DNA of 64,000 nucleotides from Pseudomonadota bacterium (GTDB lineage Bacteria; Myxococcota; JACRCW01; JAFGSX01): NCBI GenBank assembly GCA_043821645.1, contig JBDRCO010000134.1, positions 1 to 64,000 of the forward strand, read 5' to 3'. Shown piece by piece: positions 58,361 to 64,000 of this stretch (position 1 is its first letter; each line of letters starts with the position of its first letter). The notes under the pieces were generated by a model. It saw only the letters and a program-made list of their open reading frames with translations, ran no database searches and was not told where the DNA came from. The position numbers and the translations under genes were made by a program.

Positions 58361-60083
58361 TGGCGCTCTCCTGAAGCTTCGGGATGGGCGCCGTGGCTTC
58401 GTCGGCCAGCAGGGCTCCGTCCGCGTTTTGAAAACGCCGCCTCACGGTGGCGGGCTGATCGCCATGCCGCAGCAGGGCGAAGCGCAGGCGGCCAGCCAGG
58501 GACAGCAGGGACAGGGCCGGGATCTGGACGCAGGCTAGGAGCGACATCGCCACCACGAGCCACGGGCGAGCCCTCCACAGTTCCGCCACGAAGGACCGCC
58601 AGCGTCGCTGGAAGCCGGATCCCCGGAACAGCAGGCCACTGGCCAGCGCCATGGGCAGCACCGATCTGACCATGCGCTCCAGGGCCCGCGCACGTCGACG
58701 CAGGGCCTCGTCATCGCTGTGCGCGAGGTCCCGCGCCCCCTGCCACAGGTTGTGACAGAGGCGGAAGGGCCAGGGGCCTCCCTCGTCGACGAGACGGCGA
58801 TAGGTGGAGCGCACCAGCCCGTCCACTTGCGCCATGTCGAAATGCTTGAACGCGAAGTTGCTGCGCGCGGCACCATCGTCCTGGTAGCGGTAGCCGTCGA
58901 TCAAGCGTCCCTCGCGGCGAATGCGCTGCCACAGCGGCGTGCCGGGCACCGGGTGCAGGGGCACGATCTGATAGAAGGTCGGGTTGAGCCCCACGAAGGC
59001 GTCGAGCTCGGCGCCGATGTTCTCGGGGGTGTGCCCGTCCCAGCCCACGACCATGGATCCGAGGGTGTTGATCCCGGCCCGGTGCAGCTTCTCGAACAGC
59101 TCCGCCACGTTTCCCTGGCGCTTGTCCAGGGACTCTCCGTCGAGGATCTCGCGCCGGAAGGACTCGACACCGACGAAGATGGTACCGACGCCACAGCGAA
59201 CCAGTTCGCTCACGCTGTACTGCGCGATCGAGCGCACCGAGGAGAAGATCGTGAGCAGCAGGGGACGCTGTGCCAGTTCCCGGTCCTGTTCCATGCACCG
59301 CATGAAGGTCAGAACCTGCTCTCTGTCGTCGAGAAAATTCTCGCTGTAGACGATGGCCGAGCGCGCTCGCGGGTGGCGCCCGGCTTGCTCGCGGATCACT
59401 TGGTACAGGCCCTCTCCGACGGCGATGGGGATCTTGCAGCGCGCGAAGTGGCTGGAGGTCGCGCAGAACACGCAGCCATTGCGACAGCCGAGCTCGCTGA
59501 CGAAGGCCAGCTGGTCATAGATCGAGACGCGGGACCGGAACACGCCGTTGGTGGTCGGCACCAGATCCTGCCGCAGAGGCGACTCGCCCCGCACGCCCCA
59601 GCGCCGGGCCAGGTAGTCCCGCAGGAAACTCAGGCCCTCGCCGCGGCAGATGTGATCGACCCTGCTGGCGATCTCCTGTTCGATGCCGAAGTGCTCGTCG
59701 AAGATCGCGGTGCCGTACCCGCCAAGAATGATCTCGAGGTGGGGATGTCGGGTGCGCAACCAGGTCACCATCTCGAGCACCTTGCCCGTCAGCACCACCG
59801 TGAAGCTGATGGCGACGACGTCGTAGGCCCCGCGGTCGATCTCGCGGGTAAAATCCTTCCAGGTGGGGTTTTCCAGCACCACGGCGTCGACGGGCAGGTT
59901 CTGCGCCAGGAAGTGCAGGGGATGCCAGCTGTGCAGCTGACGAAGCTGAAACAGGCCCTGATCGAGGGTGTTGCGATAGTAGAAGTAATCGATGTTGTCG
60001 TCGTCGACACTGGCCTTGGCATAGGGCAGATGGGGTGACACGAAGAGGAAGCGCGGCACCCGTGGCGCCGGAGGCGTGTTCAT
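58347..60083 (-). CDS. B12-binding-domain radical SAM protein
   Basis: YDVVAISF..IILGGYG B12-type domain; GCRNGCVFC CxxxCxxC; GVES; P.PGTPLW. Confidence 0.88.
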   Translation of the reverse strand: MNTPPAPRVPRFLFVSPHLPYAKASVDDDNIDYFYYRNTLDQGLFQLRQLHSWHPLHFLAQNLPVDAVVLENPTWKDFTREIDRGAYDVVAISFTVVLTGKVLEMVTWLRTRHPHLEIILGGYGTAIFDEHFGIEQEIASRVDHICRGEGLSFLRDYLARRWGVRGESPLRQDLVPTTNGVFRSRVSIYDQLAFVSELGCRNGCVFCATSSHFARCKIPIAVGEGLYQVIREQAGRHPRARSAIVYSENFLDDREQVLTFMRCMEQDRELAQRPLLLTIFSSVRSIAQYSVSELVRCGVGTIFVGVESFRREILDGESLDKRQGNVAELFEKLHRAGINTLGSMVVGWDGHTPENIGAELDAFVGLNPTFYQIVPLHPVPGTPLWQRIRREGRLIDGYRYQDDGAARSNFAFKHFDMAQVDGLVRSTYRRLVDEGGPWPFRLCHNLWQGARDLAHSDDEALRRRARALERMVRSVLPMALASGLLFRGSGFQRRWRSFVAELWRARPWLVVAMSLLACVQIPALSLLSLAGRLRFALLRHGDQPATVRRRFQNADGALLADEATAPIPKLQESANVPR

Positions 60084-61363
60084 GTGCATGGCCTGCTCGC
60101 TTCCCCCACCCACAGCAGCATGAGATCACACAGGTTGGTCCCGGTGGGCCCGCTGACGATCTCGGCTCCCACCGAGGCGAGCAGGGGACCACTGTCGGCG
60201 TCGCGCAGCGCTTGCGCCACGGCGTCGTCGTCCACGTCGCGCAGCGTGCACTCGTCGAGCACGGCCCCCGCCACCAGGCCGCGACCATCCACTCCGTCGC
60301 TGCCTGCGGCGAGCATGCACCAGGGACGCTCGAGGTGGCGAAGCCTGGCGGCCACGGCCAGGGCCAGGTGGCGTGCACGCCCCCCATGCCCCGGATGGGT
60401 GGGCAGCTCCACGGTGAATTCACCCGCCTGCACGCGCAGAAGATTCGCGGGCGCGCGCTGCGCCCAGCCCACGAGATCCTCGACCAGGGCCTGGATCGAT
60501 CCGGTCACCAGCGTGGCCTCGGCCTCGACGTGCAGCGCGTGCTCCCGGGCGCGCCGGGCGGCGCGATCACGGAGCAACGCGGGAGTTGCCAGGGCCATCC
60601 AGTGCACGTGGTCCAGCCGCGAATCCCCGGGCCTCGGGTTCTCTTCGAAGGCACCCCGCAGGCCGTTGTGCAGGTGGGTGATCACCGGGCGGGGGACCTC
60701 CGCACCCAGATCCAGGGTCTCGATGGTCTCGACGGCGTCGCGGTAAGAGGTCGGGTCCCCGACCGCTGGCCCGGACCCGACGTCGTGCGGTCCGCCGCCG
60801 ACCACGTCGACAAGAGCCAGACAGAGCACCGGGCGCGGGCGCGCGGCGAGTGCCAGACGGCCACCCTGTATCTGCGACAGATGGCGTCGCACGGTGTTGA
60901 TCTGCGTGATGTCAGCCCCTCGCCTGGCCAGCAGCTGCTGCGTTGCGACCAGGTCCGGCAGGCTGAGGCCATCGACGGGATCACACCAGGCGGCACTGGC
61001 GCCCCCGGACAGCGCGATCAGCACGGGGGTATCATCAGGAGTTTGCGCCAGCACCCGGCGGGCATGGCGCGCAGCGGTGACACTGCCGGGGGTGGGCAGG
61101 GGATGGCCGACCTCGAGCACGACGCAGCCTGTCGGGGCCGGTGCCGTCGCCGACGGGGTGTACACGGCGCTTCCGTACACTACCTCGGCAACGAGGTTCA
61201 CCAGGCCTCGAGCCATGGGCAGGGCGGCCTTGCCCACCGCGAGCAGAAGTGGGGTACGGCCCTGGCAATGCGCGTGGACGGCCCCAAAATGGGGCGGCAG
61301 CAAGGAAGCGGGTTCGACGTCTGCCACGGCCTCGCGGTAGATGTGGCTGAGGATTCGCGGCAT
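60080..61363 (-). CDS. Glycerate 2-kinase / MOFRL (DUF4147) family protein
   Basis: VGKAA, GHPLP, LSGGASA, GSGP, GSDGVDG, GPTGTN. Confidence 0.85.
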   Translation of the reverse strand: MPRILSHIYREAVADVEPASLLPPHFGAVHAHCQGRTPLLLAVGKAALPMARGLVNLVAEVVYGSAVYTPSATAPAPTGCVVLEVGHPLPTPGSVTAARHARRVLAQTPDDTPVLIALSGGASAAWCDPVDGLSLPDLVATQQLLARRGADITQINTVRRHLSQIQGGRLALAARPRPVLCLALVDVVGGGPHDVGSGPAVGDPTSYRDAVETIETLDLGAEVPRPVITHLHNGLRGAFEENPRPGDSRLDHVHWMALATPALLRDRAARRAREHALHVEAEATLVTGSIQALVEDLVGWAQRAPANLLRVQAGEFTVELPTHPGHGGRARHLALAVAARLRHLERPWCMLAAGSDGVDGRGLVAGAVLDECTLRDVDDDAVAQALRDADSGPLLASVGAEIVSGPTGTNLCDLMLLWVGEASRPCT

Positions 61364-61481
61364 GCTGCCCATGAAGCGACGATACCTTGATATTTCGTCG
61401 AGGGAACGGTTAGCATCGCAGACGAAAGCCAGCACCATCCCGGACCACCCACCGGCGGGCCGGCAACGCGGAGGATGGAAG

Positions 61482-62078
61482 ATGCCGAGCGACAAGCGCC
61501 ACCGTCGGTCCACCTACGTGATCGACAGGCGGTTCCAGTTCAAGTACACGGCGATCATCGTCCTGATCGGAGCCGTGATCGCGCTGGTCAGCGCGTACTT
61601 CATCTACCAGGCCTGGAGGGAGAACACCGAACTGCTGGCCATCAGCCAGGTCATTGCGGGCGAGATCAATCGCCGCGAGAGCACCAAGGTGTTCTGGGCC
61701 GTGGGTATCTTCGTGGTGCTCGAGGTGGTGGGGCTCTTCTTGTGGGGCATCCTGGTGACCCACCGCATCGCCGGGCCGCTGTACATCATCGATCGCTACC
61801 TGGGTGCGCTCCGCTCCGGCATCTACCCGGACATGCGGCCGCTGCGCCGCCACGACGAACTGCAACAGTTCTTCGAGAGCTTCTCCTCGACCGTCGATGC
61901 TTTTCGCGAACGCGATCAGAAGGAACTCGAGATCGTCGAGCAGGTCTTGACCCAGCTGCCTGCCGGCGAGCTCAAGGAGGCGCTGCAGCAGGTGCGAGAT
62001 CGCAAGAAGGCCTCGCTGCATCAGGCCGACGATCCTGCGCCCGCGGCCACCGCTCCCGCCCCTTCCACCGCCAGCTGA
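61482..62078 (+). CDS. Two-TM HAMP-like membrane protein
   Basis: IDRRFQFKY, two TM, THRIAGPLY, LRRHDEL. Confidence 0.78.
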   Translation: MPSDKRHRRSTYVIDRRFQFKYTAIIVLIGAVIALVSAYFIYQAWRENTELLAISQVIAGEINRRESTKVFWAVGIFVVLEVVGLFLWGILVTHRIAGPLYIIDRYLGALRSGIYPDMRPLRRHDELQQFFESFSSTVDAFRERDQKELEIVEQVLTQLPAGELKEALQQVRDRKKASLHQADDPAPAATAPAPSTAS

Positions 62079-62265
62079 CCCTCCGCATCCGGTCACCGCT
62101 TCCTCAACAGCCAGCGCAGACGCTGCTTGCGTCCACTTCTCCCGTCGCCACTGTGGCTCGCTGACACGCCTCTCGCGGCGGCACGACAGGTATCTTCGCC
62201 TGAGGCCGCGCCTCCCATCCCAGCAGGCACAGAGGTTGTCTACCGGCGATAGGTCGTGGGCTGGG

Positions 62266-63297
62266 CTACTTGCGCAGGATCTTGAGGACGGCGTCGAGGA
62301 TGTTTCGCAGTCGCTCGTTGTCGGTGCGGGAGCGCAGACGGACGATCTTGGGAACGGCCTTCGAGGCTCCTGCGTCGGCTAGGGCAAGTGCCGCGGCTCC
62401 CTGGATAAAGGGATCCGGGTCGTCCAGCAGTTCCTCGAGGGTCGCGCTGCCGAGGAGACCGCCGGTCACTCCGAGCAGGCGGATTGCGCGCGCCCGGTCA
62501 GCGCGCGTTTCCCCCTGGCGCGCCTCGTCGACAAGATCGTCGAGGTCGAGCAGGTTCTTCATGCTGGTGATGGAGGTGCGGAGTTCGTGCCGGACCGACT
62601 CTTCCTCGCCAGCGCGGTCATAGGCGTCCGCCAGAGCATCCACCACATCCTCGGCCGGGAAGCCCGCGAGCAAGCGGGCCGCGCTCGCTCGAACCTCGGC
62701 GTCCTCGGACTGCAGGGCAGGCAGCAACGCGCTCCGTGCCCGCTCGGCCGGGATCGCCGCCAGGACCTTCTCCACCTCGGCACGACGGCGGGGATCCGGT
62801 AGCACCTCGATCAGGACCTGTATCGCCTCGTCGTCACCACGAGCTGCGAGCTGCTTGATGCGAATGAAGGCGAGCGTCTGCTCGCGCTCACGACCCTCGA
62901 TCAGGTGCAGGCGGAAGGCCGCCACCACGCCTTCACCCTGGACCTCGCCCAGCGCCTTTTCGGAGAGCGATTGCACCAGGGAATCCGCGTCGCCCAGGGC
63001 CTGGAACAGGGGCCCCACCACCTTCTTGCCACCGATGAAACCCAGGGCGCTCGCCGAGGCGCCGCGCACAGCATAGGAATCATCGGCGCCCAGAGCTTCG
63101 ATCAGCGGTTGGGTCGCACGCTCATCGCGCAGCCGCCCGAGCACGGCGGCCGCCTGTGTGCGCACGCGGAAGCTGTCCGAGTTCTGCAGCTTGTCGATGA
63201 GGAGGGGCACAGGATCGCTCTGAGCTCGCGCAGCCGGCACCAGCAGCGCCATCAGGACACAGGAGGTGACTGTCCAGGCGCGCCAGCTGCGTTTCAC
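62266..63297 (-). CDS. Secreted HEAT repeat protein
   Basis: Signal peptide (..ARA-Q), FRVRTQAAAVLG and further HEAT repeats. Confidence 0.82.
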   Translation of the reverse strand: MKRSWRAWTVTSCVLMALLVPAARAQSDPVPLLIDKLQNSDSFRVRTQAAAVLGRLRDERATQPLIEALGADDSYAVRGASASALGFIGGKKVVGPLFQALGDADSLVQSLSEKALGEVQGEGVVAAFRLHLIEGREREQTLAFIRIKQLAARGDDEAIQVLIEVLPDPRRRAEVEKVLAAIPAERARSALLPALQSEDAEVRASAARLLAGFPAEDVVDALADAYDRAGEEESVRHELRTSITSMKNLLDLDDLVDEARQGETRADRARAIRLLGVTGGLLGSATLEELLDDPDPFIQGAAALALADAGASKAVPKIVRLRSRTDNERLRNILDAVLKILRK

Positions 63298-63451
63298 GGC
63301 GTCGTCTCCTCTTCACTCACCATACATCATGGACAGGGATCCGCGCAAAAATCAGCCATGAGGTTGTTGGCTGGCACAGCGCGTGTGCTCGTCCAGGAAC
63401 CCTGGCGAGGACCGAGGTCCCACCCTCTCCCGGGTCCCTGGGGGGCGGAGG

Positions 63452-64000
63452 CTAGCGGAAGAACAGGAAGGTGATGAGCACGAAGGTGGGGATCAGGATG
63501 GCCCCGGACCAGGCCATGTAGCCGAAGAAGCTGGGGGTCTTGAGGCCGACCTCGTCGCTGATGGCCTTGACCATGAAGTTGGGACCGTTGCCGATGTAGG
63601 TGTTGGCCCCCATGAACACAGCTCCGACCGAGATCGCGGCCAGGATGTCCTCGCCCGAGGGTTTGCCCTCACTTCCGGGGAAGGCAATGAGGGTATGCAG
63701 GTTCATGGCATCGGTACCGAGGTAGCCCGAGGCGACAGAGGTGAAGGTGAGGTAGGTCGGGGCGTTGTCCAGGAACGACGACAGCATGCCCGTGGCCCAG
63801 AAGAAGTGCCACGGTCTGTGCAAGGGGAGATCGGGGCCCTTGGCCTCGAGGATGAGCAGGGCCGGAACCATGGCCACGAAGATCCCGACGAAGAGCACGG
63901 CCACCTCGGTGATGGCGTGGAACGAGAACTGGTTGTCCGCGCGAGGCTTCTTGGGGCCCGCAAAGTAGGACAGGAGTCCCAGCCCGACCATGCCGAGCTC
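63452..64000 (-). CDS. Putative Na+/H+ antiporter (IT superfamily), 5'-truncated
   Basis: EVAVLFVGIF, LSSFLDNAPTY, GANTYIGNGPNFMVK, PSFFGY. Confidence 0.88.
   Translation of the reverse strand, partial: ELGMVGLGLLSYFAGPKKPRADNQFSFHAITEVAVLFVGIFVAMVPALLILEAKGPDLPLHRPWHFFWATGMLSSFLDNAPTYLTFTSVASGYLGTDAMNLHTLIAFPGSEGKPSGEDILAAISVGAVFMGANTYIGNGPNFMVKAISDEVGLKTPSFFGYMAWSGAILIPTFVLITFLFFR

Overview
High-GC chromosomal window, most likely from a Myxococcota/deltaproteobacterial genome (inferred from a MYXO-CTERM protein, a GltJ/AgmX-like protein and a TonB-C-fused receptor). Most of it is housekeeping: uvrB, znuABC, mscS, rplM-rpsI, lipB, tRNA-Gln-prs-rplY-pth, rlmKL and tRNA-Thr. The most interesting part is 3.9-14 kb, a detached type III secretion (T3SS) islet. 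It has a lone sctU/flhB-family gene (NPAH rather than NPTH), two SycD/LcrH/SctY-like TPR chaperones, and three probable secreted substrates that share an upstream GCAAC-N16/17-CGATAC promoter-like motif. One substrate is Gly-rich with a needle/tip-filament-like C-terminus. Embedded in or next to the islet are two YkgJ/FliB-like Cys-cluster proteins and an ABBA-type prenyltransferase, which suggests a system for post-translationally modifying T3SS substrates (inference). Other notable items: a protein C-terminus of (NSNQ)20(NDNR)4 hidden in a 12-bp tandem repeat, a 1642-aa LysM protein with a duplicated beta-rich module (copies offset by about 760 aa), a 2472-aa FG-GAP/CSPG-repeat adhesin, and a kinase/B12-radical-SAM/PLP-enzyme operon. 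No CRISPR array, transposase or prophage was seen. All family calls are by motif recognition; no database searches were run.
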